Shown piece after piece: positions 40,115 to 51,139 of a DNA stretch of 64,000 nucleotides. Under the pieces are notes generated by a model. That model searched no databases and was not told where the DNA came from. It saw only the letters and a program-made list of their open reading frames with translations. Source of the DNA: an uncultured Acidobacteriaceae bacterium (GTDB lineage Bacteria; Acidobacteriota; Terriglobia; Terriglobales; Acidobacteriaceae). Every line of letters begins with the position of its first letter. Positions within the stretch are counted from its first letter, which is position 1. The position numbers and the translations under genes are program-made. The DNA lies in the NCBI GenBank assembly GCA_963787435.1, contig CAWBCZ010000015.1:58827-122826 (forward strand), written 5' to 3'.

Positions 40115-40663
40115 ATGGCGTTGAAATTCACAACTTCATACATCGAAGATGCACTGGCCGTCTTTCACCAGTACAAGGCGCTTGGCGAGCGGGCCATGCA
40201 GCAGGTCCCGGATGAACAGCTCTTTGCGTCGCTGGACGAAGAGTCGAATTCGATTGCGATCATCGTGAAGCATATGGTGGGCAACATGCGATCGCGGTGG
40301 ACGGATTTTCTGACCACGGATGGGGAGAAGCCGAGCCGCAACCGCGACAGCGAGTTTGTTGACCCACCTGTGACGCGCGAGGCGTTGATGCGCGAATGGG
40401 AAGATGGCTGGGCATGCGTTTTTAGCGCAATTGAAGCGCTGACCGATGCGGACCTAGGCCGCACAGTGACGATTCGGAGCGAGGCGCACTCGGTGATGCA
40501 GGCAATCAACCGACAACTGGCGCACTATCCGCAGCACGTAGGGCAGATTATCCTGCTGGCCAAGCACTATGCCGGGGACCGCTGGCAGACGCTCAGCGTA
40601 GCGCGCAATCGATCGGCGGAGTTCAATCGCAACGTCGCGTCAGGCGAGGCAAGCCAACGATAG
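40115..40663 (+). CDS. DUF1572 (DinB-like four-helix bundle) family protein
   Basis: 182 aa. IAIIVKHMVGNMRSRWTDFLTTDGEKPSRNRDSEF and the QLAHYPQHVGQI motif fit my recollection of DUF1572. Confidence 0.65.
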   Translation: MALKFTTSYIEDALAVFHQYKALGERAMQQVPDEQLFASLDEESNSIAIIVKHMVGNMRSRWTDFLTTDGEKPSRNRDSEFVDPPVTREALMREWEDGWACVFSAIEALTDADLGRTVTIRSEAHSVMQAINRQLAHYPQHVGQIILLAKHYAGDRWQTLSVARNRSAEFNRNVASGEASQR

Positions 40664-40676
40664 TGGCACAAACAGA

Positions 40677-40700
40677 AAGACCATCCCGAAGGATGGTCTT
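40677..40700. terminator. Bidirectional hairpin between convergent genes
   Basis: AAGACCATCC-CGAA-GGATGGTCTT, a perfect 10-bp stem. Confidence 0.7.
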
Positions 40701-40723
40701 CTGCAAGTCTGAAGTGTTTGACT

Positions 40724-42349
40724 CTATTGCGCGGTTGCGGCACCGGTGCGGGCTTCGGCTTTCTGGGCGAGCACTTTATGAGCCGTGTCTTCGAGGGCCT
40801 GTGCTTCGGGCAGGAAGGTGAGCGCCTTCTGAATCATGGGATCCGAATCGGCCACAACGTGAAGCCCCTGGAGTTGACCAAACTGGCTGGTGACGATCTT
40901 CTCCTTGATGCTGGTCTTCAGCCAGTCCATGTTGTCGTTCAGATCCTTCTCCGTATACGGAATGTCCTGGCTGGAGAGGAACTGCTTGAACTCGCTCAGG
41001 ACTGCGTCGTCAACCTGGAAGTTCTTGTCGACGGTGCGGTTGGCGAGATAGTGGGCGGCGAAATGGAAGAAAACGTTCTTTCCATAGACTCCGAGTTCGT
41101 CCTGGAAGAGATTGCTCTTGGGACTGTCAATTTTCTCGTCGGGCGTGATGCCGCCGCCGCCGTAGACGGTACGGCCTGAATCGGTCATCTTCACTTCGCG
41201 GTTGCTGGCGTTCGGTGCGCTCGCCCCGGCGTGGTTGTAGTAGTAGTCGTAGAGCGAAACGCCGGAGTAGTTGCGCTGAATGAGGCGGCCCGATGGCGTG
41301 TAGTAGTGATAAGTGGTCAGCGCGAGGCCGGTATTCTCACTTAGGTTGTAAACCGTTTGCACCAGGCCCTTGCCGAAGGTGGTTTCGCCGACGATGAGCG
41401 CGCGGTCGTGATCCTGCAGGGCGCCGGAAACAATCTCAGCTGCCGAAGCTGTATTGCGATTTACGAGAACCACGATGGGGAAGGACTTGCCGTCATTGCC
41501 GTGTGTCGCAGTGTAGTTCTGGTCAGGATAGGCGCGTCCGCGCTGCGAGACGATGGTCTGGCCCTTGGTAAGCAGGTGATCGCAAACCTCGACTGCCTGG
41601 CTGAGCAGGCCGCCCGGATTGCCGCGGAGATCGAACACCAGTCCCTTCAAGTTAGGGAAGCTGTCGATGGCGTCGTTCACTTCCTGGGCAGTGGTTTCCT
41701 GGAACTGGGTCAGGTGAACGTAGCCGATGCCCGGACGGATTTCGTATTTCAGATCGACGGAGGGATGCGGAATCTCGTCTCGGATGAGGTCGAAGGTGAG
41801 CGGCTTGGTCTGTCCTTCGCGAAGGACAGAGACCTGGACGTGGGTGCCTTTGGGTCCCTTCAGATTCTTGGCGACGAGATCCGAAGTCATGCCGTCGGTG
41901 GATTTGCCGTCAATAGCGGAGATGATGTCGCCGGGACGAAGGCCCGCCCGAAATGATGGGGTCCCTTCATAGGGCGTAACGACGTAGACCTTGTTGTTCT
42001 GCTGCTGGATCACCATGCCCACGCCGTAGTAGTGGCCGCGCTGGTCTTCGCGCATCTTGGCGTATGCCTTGGGATCGTAGAAGTTGGAGTGCGGATCGAG
42101 AACGCGCAGCATTCCGGGGATGGCGCCGTCATAGATGGCGGTGTCGGCCTTGTCTCCCTGGATCGGCTCGGCGTAGTTCTGCTCGACGATGGCGTAGACA
42201 TCGGTAAACGACTTCAAGCTGTCGCGAATCTGGCTCTCATCCTGCGAGGACTGAGCTCCCACCTTGTGCTGCAAAAACGTGCCGGCCATCGCGCACACGG
42301 CAAAAAAGACGATGAGGCTAAAAATTGCCCGGCGGGCAGGGGGAGTCAT
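40724..42349 (-). CDS. ctpA: S41 family carboxyl-terminal processing peptidase with PDZ domain
   Basis: PDZ (GLRPGDIISAIDG), catalytic Ser region NTASAAEIVSGALQD and Lys region TFGKGLVQ. The N-terminus has a signal/TM segment. Confidence 0.9.
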   Translation of the reverse strand: MTPPARRAIFSLIVFFAVCAMAGTFLQHKVGAQSSQDESQIRDSLKSFTDVYAIVEQNYAEPIQGDKADTAIYDGAIPGMLRVLDPHSNFYDPKAYAKMREDQRGHYYGVGMVIQQQNNKVYVVTPYEGTPSFRAGLRPGDIISAIDGKSTDGMTSDLVAKNLKGPKGTHVQVSVLREGQTKPLTFDLIRDEIPHPSVDLKYEIRPGIGYVHLTQFQETTAQEVNDAIDSFPNLKGLVFDLRGNPGGLLSQAVEVCDHLLTKGQTIVSQRGRAYPDQNYTATHGNDGKSFPIVVLVNRNTASAAEIVSGALQDHDRALIVGETTFGKGLVQTVYNLSENTGLALTTYHYYTPSGRLIQRNYSGVSLYDYYYNHAGASAPNASNREVKMTDSGRTVYGGGGITPDEKIDSPKSNLFQDELGVYGKNVFFHFAAHYLANRTVDKNFQVDDAVLSEFKQFLSSQDIPYTEKDLNDNMDWLKTSIKEKIVTSQFGQLQGLHVVADSDPMIQKALTFLPEAQALEDTAHKVLAQKAEARTGAATAQ

Positions 42350-42639
42350 ATGTGGAAGGAACCTCCGGAGTGCAACTGCACCAGGCGCCTCCGAGGGACC
42401 TCGCAGGCCAGACCTGGGCTAAAGTATAGCACTGGGTTATTTGACGATCTCTTGAGGTCTTCGGGTAGCCCGTTACCGTTGCGGAGGTCCCGGAATGTCG
42501 TCCGCCGACGAGGTTTTGGCCGTTTGACGAAGGAATTGCCAGGAACCCGGCCAGCCTCCGGCGTATTTGCTGCCCATGCATTTACAATGACGTCTATGCC
42601 TATGGTGGCGTTCGCAGACCGCCTGCAGTGTGCCAAACT

Positions 42640-44384
42640 ATGAATCTGAGAATTCTTCGTATCCCCGGAGCGGTTTCTCTCTCCGCAATCCTGCTTACCA
42701 GCTTCGCATTTGCGCAAGCGCGGCCTTCCTCTCCTGCAAGCCCTTACGGAGGCTCAACGGTTGAGGAGATCATTGCGCGCGTTGATGACCAGATCATCAC
42801 CAAGTCCGACTACGACCGCGCGCAGGCAGAACTTGACCAGGAAATGCGTCAGCGGGGAGCGTCGATGCAGGAGATTTCCGACGCCCACAAGGATTTGTTG
42901 CGCAACCTCATCGATCAGCAGTTATGGCTGGCCAAAGGCAAAGAACTCGGTATCACGGGCGAAACCGAATTGGTCAATCGGCTCAATGACATCCGGAAAC
43001 AGTACAACCTGGCAACCATGGAAGACCTGGAGAAGGCGGCCAAGGAACAGGGCGTATCGTTTGAGGACTTCAAGGCCAATATCCGCAACCAGATCATTAC
43101 CCAGGAAGTGATGCGGGACCAGGTTGGGCGGAAGATCGCGCCGACGCCGGGAGAGATGCAGCGGTATTTCGACGCGCACAAGCAGGAGTACGCACAACCG
43201 GAGAGCGTGAAGCTGGGCGAGATCCTGGTGTCGACCGGTTCGCAACCTGATGATCCACAGAAGCTTGCCGAGGCCAAAGCAAAGGCCGACGATATTGAAG
43301 CTCGGCTGCATGCGGGCGGCGACTTCAGCCAGTTGGCGCGAAGCTTCAGCGATGGCACAACCGCGGCCGCTGGCGGCGATCTGGGCCAGTACAAGCGCGG
43401 TCAACTGGATAAGCTCTTTGAAGAAAAGACCTTTGGACTCAAGACCGGGGATGTGACCGAGCCGATCCGCACCAAGCAGGGGTACGTCATCCTGAAGGTC
43501 GTTGATCATGTGCAGGGCGGCATTCCGCAGTTGAAGGACGTCGAAAACGACGTTGAGCAGAACTACTTTGAAGCCAAGGCCGGCCCGGCCATGCGCACAT
43601 ACCTGGCGCAAATGCGAGACGAGTCTGCCATCTACGTCAAACCCGGATATGACGACAGCGCGGCAACGGCGGCCGAAAAGCATCCGACCATCACCTTCAG
43701 CGCGTACACGCCGCCTACCACCAAGAAGAAGAAGAAGGTAGAGCGGACCCGCTTCCGCGAGACAACACACACTTTCCGGCAGAAGTCCGCGCCCGCTGCA
43801 ACAGCGGATACGGCGACTGCAACCGCAGCGGCAAACCTGCAAAGGCGAGCACGACCAAGACCGATAAGACGCAACAAGCAACGATGAAGCCGGGCAAGAA
43901 GGAAAAGATCCGCTTCGGCAAGGCTCCGCAAGAGACTCTGCCACAGGCTCCATCGAGCCAGACCGAAGATGCAGGGGCCGGAGAGCAAGTGGCGAATAAT
44001 GCGGCGGCAGAGCCGGACAACCCGCTCGAAAACAACGCCAAGCCCGAGAAGAAGTCGCGTTTCAGCGATCGCGCCAAGCTGCCGAAGCAGCCCAAGGCTA
44101 AGGGGCCGCAACTCGACCCCGAGGCTCCTGCGCCGGCAGATGCGGCCGAGGTGGCTGATCGCCAGGCACAAGCCGGACCACTGGGTCTGGGCGGAAACCA
44201 GACGCCGAGCAAAAAGAAAAAGAAGCCCACCACGACCGGCGACAAGACGCGTTTGAGCGACCAGAAGAAGACGACCGAAGACACCGGTGACAAGCCGCTG
44301 GGGAATGCTCCTCAGCAGCAAGCTCCGAACGGAACCACACCGGCGCCTCCGCAGCCGGGTGTGCCTGCGACTCCTCCGCAGTAG
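42640..44384 (+). pseudogene. SurA/PpiD-like periplasmic chaperone with PpiC-type PPIase domain and a long Lys/Pro/Ala-rich tail, one frame break
   Basis: Signal peptide, a SurA_N-like region, then the parvulin core ARSFSDGTTAAAGGDLGQYKRGQL...GYVILKV. ORFs 42628-43887 and 43884-44384 join if the A3 run at 43833-43835 gains one A (...ATAAAKPAKASTTK...). Confidence 0.75.
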
Positions 44385-44407
44385 ATCGAAACATATTCAC
44401 GAAAACA

Positions 44408-44445
44408 CAGGGCCTGAGATTCGATCTCAGGCCCTGTTTCATTTC
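44408..44445 (+). terminator. Rho-independent terminator
   Basis: CAGGGCCTGAGA-TTCGA-TCTCAGGCCCTG, a 12-bp stem, followed by TTTCATTTC. Confidence 0.8.
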
Positions 44446-44480
44446 ACGACGGAGCCTGATTCACGCATCGCTTTGCCTTT

Positions 44481-44509
44481 TTGATGTGCTTTGCCGGTTG
44501 CTGTATGCT
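44481..44509 (+). promoter_or_regulatory. Candidate promoter of the yhaM-like gene
   Basis: TTGATG (44481-44486), a 17-nt spacer, then TATGCT (44504-44509). The ATG at 44519 is only 9 nt downstream. Confidence 0.4.
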
Positions 44510-44518
44510 TCCCGCAGC

Positions 44519-45535
44519 ATGAAGGATATCTACGTAGCCGATCTATCGGCGTTCGAAGAGAGCAGGAACTTCGACGCATTTCTTCTGGTATTGCACAAGC
44601 AGCAGCGAACAACCAAGACAAACAAGCCATATTTGAATTTGATCCTGGGAGACAAGACTGGACAAGTTGAGGCACGTGTCTGGGATCCAGGTGATTCGCG
44701 CATCGCGAAGGATTTTGAGCGCGGAGATATCGTGAAGATCCGCGGTTCCGTCGCTCGATTCGACGATCGCCTGCAGATGAAGGTCGAGCATTTGCGGAAA
44801 GTGACGTCCGGCGAAGTCGAGAAAAACGATATGCTGCCGTGCACCAACTGCAACGTGGACGAGCTTTGGCAAAAACTTCTGGGTTTTGTAGAGAGCTTTA
44901 CCGATCCTGACCTAAAACGCTTGCTAAATACCCTGCTTGCCGATTCGGGGCTGGCCCAGGCGTTCCGGGAGGCTCCGGCTGCAAAGCAGCTTCATCATGC
45001 GTGGCTTGGCGGATTGCTCGAGCATGTCGTGAGCCTGCTTTCGCTGGCCGATCGCATTGCGCCGCATTATCCGATTCTGCATCGCGACCTGCTACTGACC
45101 GGCGTGGTGCTGCACGATATCGGGAAGGTTCGCGAACTGGCTTGGGAAGTCGGCTTCGAGTACACCGTGGAAGGCGTGCTGCTCGGGCACATCCAGATGG
45201 GAATGGAACTCGTAGAGAACACGATCGACAGCCTGCCTGATTTTCCGCCACGGCTGAAGACGCTGGTGCTGCACCTGATCCTCTCGCACCACGGCAAGCT
45301 GGAGTTTGGTTCGCCCAAGCTTCCCATGATTCCTGAAGCACTGGTCTTAAATTTTGTCGACGATCTCGATGCCAAGATGCAGGCGGTTGCCAGCGAATTT
45401 GAAAAGTCAACGCGAGAAGGCAAGGGCGCCGACGAATTGACGGGCAGGATATGGGCGCTGGATCAGCGGCAGATGCTGAATACGCGGGAGTGGCTGAAGT
45501 GCGACGCCAAGCCGGAAACAGGCACGCTATTTTAG
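44519..45535 (+). CDS. YhaM-like 3-prime-5-prime exoribonuclease (OB-fold + HD domain)
   Basis: The N-terminal OB-fold reads YLNLILGDKTGQVEARVWD. The HD domain reads HHAWLGGLLEHV...VLHDIGK...SHHG. Confidence 0.75.
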   Translation: MKDIYVADLSAFEESRNFDAFLLVLHKQQRTTKTNKPYLNLILGDKTGQVEARVWDPGDSRIAKDFERGDIVKIRGSVARFDDRLQMKVEHLRKVTSGEVEKNDMLPCTNCNVDELWQKLLGFVESFTDPDLKRLLNTLLADSGLAQAFREAPAAKQLHHAWLGGLLEHVVSLLSLADRIAPHYPILHRDLLLTGVVLHDIGKVRELAWEVGFEYTVEGVLLGHIQMGMELVENTIDSLPDFPPRLKTLVLHLILSHHGKLEFGSPKLPMIPEALVLNFVDDLDAKMQAVASEFEKSTREGKGADELTGRIWALDQRQMLNTREWLKCDAKPETGTLF

Positions 45536-45907
45536 GAACCAATCCCACTGTTTTTCGGTCAGCGGTACGACTGAGAGTCTCCCGATCTTCACGAGCGGGG
45601 AATCGGCGAAGATGGGGTCGGCCTTGATCTCGTCCAGGGTCTTCGGGTTCTTGAGCGGATTACCAACCTTCACGCGCACAATGGGGACCTTTGGGTCCTT
45701 GGCGTCAACGCTGACTACCGTTCCGGTTCCGACGGCGGTGCGCTCGTCGCCAGTGTGGTAGAAGATCCACTTTGTGCCGGGCTTCATCTCGCGAAGATTT
45801 TTGACGGCGGTGGGGTTAGTCACGCCATCCCAATTCGTCTCCTTGTCGCGAAGAAAGTCGTCGAAGGAGTAGACGCCGGGCTCGGTTTTGAAGAGGAAGT
45901 AGGCCAT
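45527..45907 (-). CDS. EVE (PUA-like) domain-containing protein
   Basis: MAYFLFKTEPGVYSFDDFLRDKETNWDGVTNPTAVKNLREMKPG and the length are typical of EVE proteins. It overlaps the convergent yhaM-like gene by 9 nt. Confidence 0.8.
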   Translation of the reverse strand: MAYFLFKTEPGVYSFDDFLRDKETNWDGVTNPTAVKNLREMKPGTKWIFYHTGDERTAVGTGTVVSVDAKDPKVPIVRVKVGNPLKNPKTLDEIKADPIFADSPLVKIGRLSVVPLTEKQWDWFLK

Positions 45908-46107
45908 GCGCTCCATCGTAAGCGAGGGAGCGGGGATATGGGAACGGGGAATCTGGTATTTTGCGTTGTCATGCTAGCCTCTCCGATGGTGTCCGGATTC
46001 CGGAATCACTGCTTGAACAGGGCCGCAAGCAGAAGAGGGAACGTCGGCTCGAAGATGCAACGGAGCCTCTTTCGCGAAAGGCCTCTGGCTGAGAGCCGCA
46101 AATAGCG

Positions 46108-46534
46108 ATGATCAGGGCGCTACGTGCGATGCTGTTCGAAGAGTTGGCGTACGTCGATCGCAACCTGCGTGACCTGGAAGCGGCGGAGGAGCATTACCGC
46201 GAGTCGGCTGAGATCTATCGCAGTCTCGACAATCCTCTAAAGACTGCCCATACGATGCGGCATGCGGCGGATATCCTGCGCGAGCAGAACGAAATCGGAA
46301 GAGGCTGCCCCGCTGTATGCCGAGTCGCTCGAAATCTATCGCAGCCATAAAGAGACGTCGCCGCTCGATCTCGCCAATGCGATTCGTGGCTTTGCGCTGC
46401 TGAAGGAGCAAACCGGAGACCTCGACCAGGCACTGGGCCTGTGGGGCGAAGCCAGGGAACTCTACGATCTGACTGGCGTCGATGCAGGGGTATCGGAATG
46501 CCAGGCACGAATCGAATCGCTTTCGGCCAGCTAA
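46108..46534 (+). pseudogene. Tetratricopeptide-repeat protein, one frame break
   Basis: TPR-like repeats (EAAEEHYRESAEIYRSL / EEAAPLYAESLEIYRS / DQALGLWGEARELY) are split between ORFs 46108-46350 and 46262-46534. There is an extra A in the A3 run at 46292-46294. Confidence 0.55.
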
Positions 46535-46608
46535 CCCGTTCTGCATGCTGGATGTGGAGTTGCGACTAGTGCTTCAACCCGCATTGCTTCTATTACAATC
46601 AAAAGAAC

Positions 46609-47788
46609 ATGATCCGATTTTCAACAGCGGGCGAGTCGCATGGGGAAGCACTTATAGCGCTCGTATCCGGCCTACCTGCCGGGCTGCCGGTCGACCTTGA
46701 ATTTATCAATCGCGAGCTTTGGCGGCGGCAGCAGGGCTATGGACGCGGCGGCCGGATGAAGATCGAGACGGACAAGGCGCATATCCTCTCCGGCGTGCGT
46801 CACGGGAAGACGATTGGTTCGCCGATCGCCATCGAGATCGTGAACCGGGATTGGAAGAACTGGGAAGAAAAGCTGCCGGTCGAGGCCGGCGACCTGGCCA
46901 AGCACCAGCCGGTTGCTATCGCCACGGCCCGGGCACGCCGACCTTGCCGGGGCCCTGAAGTATGACTTTCCGGACGCGCGGTACGTGCTGGAGCGGGCAT
47001 CCGCTCGCGAGTCCACTGCGCGCGTCGCCGGCGGAGCATTTGCCAAGTTACTGCTGCGGTACCTTGGGATCGAGGTCGGCAGCCATGTGATTCGCGTGGG
47101 CCGGGTGGAATTGGAACGGACAGCGAAGTGGGATGAGATTGCTGCCGTCGCAGAGCGGTCGGAGATTGTGCTGAGCTGCGTGGACGCGGCGACCGAAGCG
47201 CGGATGAAGGAAGAGGTTGAGCATGCGTCGCGCACCGGCGACACAGTTGGCGGCGTGTTTGAAGTGGTGGTGCATGGCGCGCCGGCAGGATTGGGTACCT
47301 ACGCCAATTGGGATGAGAGGCTTGATGGTCTACTGGCCTGGTCGGTGATGAGCCTGCAGGCAGTGAAGGCCGTGGAGATCGGGCGCGGAGTTACGGCGGC
47401 GGAGTCGTTTGGGTCCGCTGTGCATGACGCCATTCACTACGCCAAAGAAGATACCGGCAAGCCAACGCGGTTCACGCGAGAGCAGAACAATGCCGGGGGC
47501 GTGGAGGGTGGTGTCTCAAACGGCGAAGACATCGTGGTTCGCGGATATTTGAAGCCGATTTCGACCTTGCGGCGGCCGCTTGAATCCGTCCGCTTTGACA
47601 CCCGCGAGGCTACAAGCGCAAGTTATGAGCGCAGCGATATTTGCGTGGTGCCCGCTGCGGGAGTAGCTGCCGAGGCGATGGTGGCGCTGACGGTTGCCGG
47701 CCTTGCGCAGCAGAAGTTCGGGGGCGACTCGGCCGCCGAGATGAAACGAAATTTCCAGGGATACATCGAACAGATACGGAGCTACTAG
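46609..47788 (+). pseudogene. aroC: Chorismate synthase, one frame break
   Basis: [25 protein letters not shown]... lies in frame 1 and [15 protein letters not shown]...ERASARESTARVA... in frame 2. The shift is at about 46912-46921. Confidence 0.9.
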
Positions 47789-47796
47789 CAGCAGCG

Positions 47797-48306
47797 ATGA
47801 TTTTGAAGATTGTGAAATATCCGGAGCCGGTGCTCTCGCAGCCAGGCGAGCCGGTTACCGAATTCGACGCCAAGTTGAAGAAGCTGGTCGACGACATGTT
47901 TGAGACCATGTACGCCTCGCAGGGCATCGGCCTGGCGGCGCCACAGGTAGCCGTGTCGAAACGCGTGACGATAGTTGACCTGAGCCAGGGCAAAGACCCG
48001 GCGCAGAAGCTGGTGCTCGTCAATCCCGAGGTTATTTTTCGCGAAGGAAAGCAGTACGAAGAGGAAGGCTGCCTCAGCTTCCCTGAGATTCGCGAGAAGG
48101 TGCAGCGCGCGTCCAAGGTTCGCGTTCGCGCGCAGGACCTGAAAGGCAAGTGGTTTGAGATGGACGGCGAGGAACTGCTGTCGCGCGCATTTCAGCATGA
48201 GATCGACCATCTCGACGGAATGTTGTTCATCTTCCGCATGAGCTCGCTGAAGCGCGACCTGGTGCTGCGCAAGATTCGCAAGATGCAGCGCGAAGGCACA
48301 TGGTAA
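47797..48306 (+). CDS. def: Peptide deformylase
   Basis: The motifs GIGLAAPQV, EGCLSFP and HEIDHL are present. The start is at ATG 47797 (MILKIVKYPEP). Confidence 0.92.
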   Translation: MILKIVKYPEPVLSQPGEPVTEFDAKLKKLVDDMFETMYASQGIGLAAPQVAVSKRVTIVDLSQGKDPAQKLVLVNPEVIFREGKQYEEEGCLSFPEIREKVQRASKVRVRAQDLKGKWFEMDGEELLSRAFQHEIDHLDGMLFIFRMSSLKRDLVLRKIRKMQREGTW

Positions 48307-48310
48307 GGCT

Positions 48311-49246
48311 GTGAAGCTGGTATTCTGCGGGACGCCGCGCTTCGCCGTGCCGACGCTGCAGGCGCTGATCGCCGCAGGTCACACGATCGCTTTAGTAGTT
48401 TCGCAGCCAGATCGCCCGGTGGGTCGCACGCAGCAGATGACTGCTCCTCCCGTGAAGGAAACTGCGCTGGGCGCTGGGCTCGAAGTCACGCAGCCGGAAA
48501 AAATCAAGAACAATGCGGAGTTTCGGGCACGGATTGAGGCCATTGCTCCGGATGCGATTGTTGTGGTCGCCTACGGACGCATCATTCCGCCGTGGATGCT
48601 GACGCTGCCGAAGCTCGGCTGCATCAACCTGCATGCATCGCTTCTGCCGAAGTATCGCGGAGCAGCGCCGATTCAGTGGGCAGTCGCGATGGGAGAGACG
48701 GCCACGGGCAATACGACAATGCTGCTTGAGGAGGGTTTGGACACGGGCCCTATCCTGCTGCAGCGCGAGCTCGCGATTGAGCCGGAACAGACTGCTGCGG
48801 ATTTGTTCGATGTGCTTGCAAAGGATGGAGCGCCGCTCGTAGTCGAGACGCTCGCGGGCCTGGAGGCTGGCTCGATCAAGCCGAAGGCGCAGGACGATGC
48901 ACTGGCAACGTTGGCACCGATTCTTGATCGGGAAGACGGACGTATGGATTTCGGCCGATTTACGGCGACCGAGCTTTGGAACCGCTGGCGGGGATTTCAG
49001 CCGTGGCCGGGTGCGTACACGACTCTCGAAGGCAAGAAGCTCATTGCGCATCGGATGCATGTCGCGGCAAAGAGACCTGCAGGTGAGCCGGGCGCGGTGG
49101 ACCTTGCGGACCATCGGTTGCTGGTTGCGTGCGCGCAGGATACGTGGATCGAGATCACCGAATTGCAGATGGAAGGCAAGAAGCGGATGGCCGCCTCCGA
49201 TTTTCTACGGGGCGCGGGGCTGCGGTCCGGGATTCGGCTTGGTTAG
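48311..49246 (+). CDS. fmt: Methionyl-tRNA formyltransferase
   Basis: VFCGTPRFAVPTLQAL, the NLHASLLPKYRGAAPIQ SLLP motif and the C-terminal domain are present. The gene lies immediately after def. Confidence 0.92.
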   Translation: MKLVFCGTPRFAVPTLQALIAAGHTIALVVSQPDRPVGRTQQMTAPPVKETALGAGLEVTQPEKIKNNAEFRARIEAIAPDAIVVVAYGRIIPPWMLTLPKLGCINLHASLLPKYRGAAPIQWAVAMGETATGNTTMLLEEGLDTGPILLQRELAIEPEQTAADLFDVLAKDGAPLVVETLAGLEAGSIKPKAQDDALATLAPILDREDGRMDFGRFTATELWNRWRGFQPWPGAYTTLEGKKLIAHRMHVAAKRPAGEPGAVDLADHRLLVACAQDTWIEITELQMEGKKRMAASDFLRGAGLRSGIRLG

Positions 49247-49249
49247 GCC

Positions 49250-50588
49250 ATGAGCGAGGTTTCACGAGCACGTCGTGCTGCGTTTGCGATCCTGAAGACC
49301 ATTGAGAAAAGTAATGGACACTCTGACGATTTGCTGCGGAGCCGGCAGGTGGAAGCTCTATCGCAGCCCGATCGTAACCTGACGACAGCGCTGGTGCTGG
49401 GAGTTTTGCGATGGCAGATTGACCTCGACCAGCGCATTCGCCCGCTGCTGAAACACCCCAATGCGAAGCTTGATGCCGAGGTCCTGATTGCGTTGCGACT
49501 TGGCGCCTTTCAGTTGCTGCACATGGATCGAATTCCGGTGCATGCTGCAATCGATGAGAGCGTCGAGATCTCGAAGACTTCCGGTCATCGCTTTGCTTCA
49601 GGCATGGTGAATGCAGTGCTTCGCAAGGTCGCTGCGGTGCGCACAAAACCGAAAGAGGAGTCGGAACAGGAAGATTGGCAGCGCGCATTTCCGGCCTGGA
49701 TGGCCGAGCGCTGGATTGCGAATTATGGTGAAGAGGCCGCGCACGCGATCTGTCGCCAGGGGCAGAGCCAGCCGAACATCACGATCCGCATGGTCGGCGG
49801 CGATGTGGAAGCGGAGCTTGCAGCGCAAGGCGTGACGTTGTCTCCCGGACGATTGCTGACGGCGGCTCGCCATGTTGTCGCAGGCGACATAACCGAGACG
49901 ACGGCATTTCGCGAGGGCCGCGTTCGCCTTCAGGATGAGGGATCGCAATTGGTGGCGGAGTTAGCTGCCGCGTGGCGGTACGATTCTGGATTGCTGCGCG
50001 GCTCCGGGCGGGAAGACGCTGATTCTTGCCGAACGCAATTCTGGAGCGAGCATCGTGGCCTGCGAGTCGAGCCCGCAGCGTCTGGCGCAGTTGCGGGAGC
50101 GTCTTGCGGTGCTGGGCGATCGCGTCGAGTGCCGCTTGGCGGATGCCACTTCGCTCGAGGATGACGCAGCGTACGACGTAGCGCTGGTGGATGCGCCATG
50201 CAGTGGCACCGGTACGTTGGGGCGCAATCCGGAGATTCGTCACCGACTGCGGCCAGAGGATCTGCCGCGGCAGGCTGAGCGGCAGCGTGCAATTCTTCGT
50301 GCTGCTTTGCGCGCCGTCCGGCCCGGCGGACATGTGATTTACTCGACCTGTTCGCTCGAGCCCGAGGAGAATGAGCAGGTTGTCGCTGCGGTGCTTTCAG
50401 AGGGCACAGAGGCGAGCCTGGTTTCGTTGCGGCCGCGTGTGGAAGAGCTGTGTTCTGCCGGCATTTTCACGTCGTCCGGAGCCAACAGCTTACTTCAGTG
50501 CATCAACAGAGAGGGCATTTTGTGCCTCTTGCCCGGGACGTTTGAAAGCGACGGGTTCTTTGTTGCGATGATCGAGAAGACCGGTTGA
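49250..50588 (+). pseudogene. rsmB: 16S rRNA (cytosine967-C5)-methyltransferase, one frame break
   Basis: The NusB-like N-terminus and RLQDEGSQLVAEL lie in frame 1. GGTILDCCAAPGGKT...DAPCSGTGT...YSTCS lies in frame 2. The shift is at about 49970-49975. Confidence 0.88.
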
Positions 50589-50601
50589 TGCCCGACAACA
50601 G

Positions 50602-51099
50602 TCACTCTGCAGAGAGGCGGAACTCGGCATAGTCGCGCTTGAGCACCGCGCACAGCGCCTCAATCACCAACTCGTGGTCCTGGCGCATCGGGAGGCCGGA
50701 CACGGTCACGCTGCCGATAACGCCTGCGCCGGCGACGGTCAACGGAAACGAGCCGCCGTGGGTCGCATAGTCGGCGACCGGCAGGCCCTGGCTTTCGTAA
50801 ATGGTCTGACTCTTCTGCTTTTCCCGCAGGCCGACGGCGTAGGAGCTGCGATGAAAGCGAGCGACCACGTTGCTCTTGCGCCGCACCCATTCGATATTGT
50901 CCGGAGTGGTGCCGTCCATCGCAGCGTAGAAGAGAGGCTCGCCGAATCGCCGCACGTCAATCACAACGGCAAGGCCGCGCTCGGCAGCCATCGTTCGAAG
51001 GCGCAAGCCCAATTGCCAGGCCATCTCTGCGTCCAGACGCGGCAGCACGAGTTCCTTCTCTTGCAGTGCGATCCGTTCCAGGTCTTCGCTTAATCCCAT
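50602..51099 (-). CDS. Heme-degrading-domain (GlcG/UPF0303-like) protein
   Basis: 165 aa. The [16 protein letters not shown] and HGGSFPL motifs resemble UPF0303 family proteins. Confidence 0.7.
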   Translation of the reverse strand: MGLSEDLERIALQEKELVLPRLDAEMAWQLGLRLRTMAAERGLAVVIDVRRFGEPLFYAAMDGTTPDNIEWVRRKSNVVARFHRSSYAVGLREKQKSQTIYESQGLPVADYATHGGSFPLTVAGAGVIGSVTVSGLPMRQDHELVIEALCAVLKRDYAEFRLSAE

Positions 51100-51139
51100 C
51101 GGTCAGGTCCTCTCGCCTTGCCATCATAATGCCGGCGGC

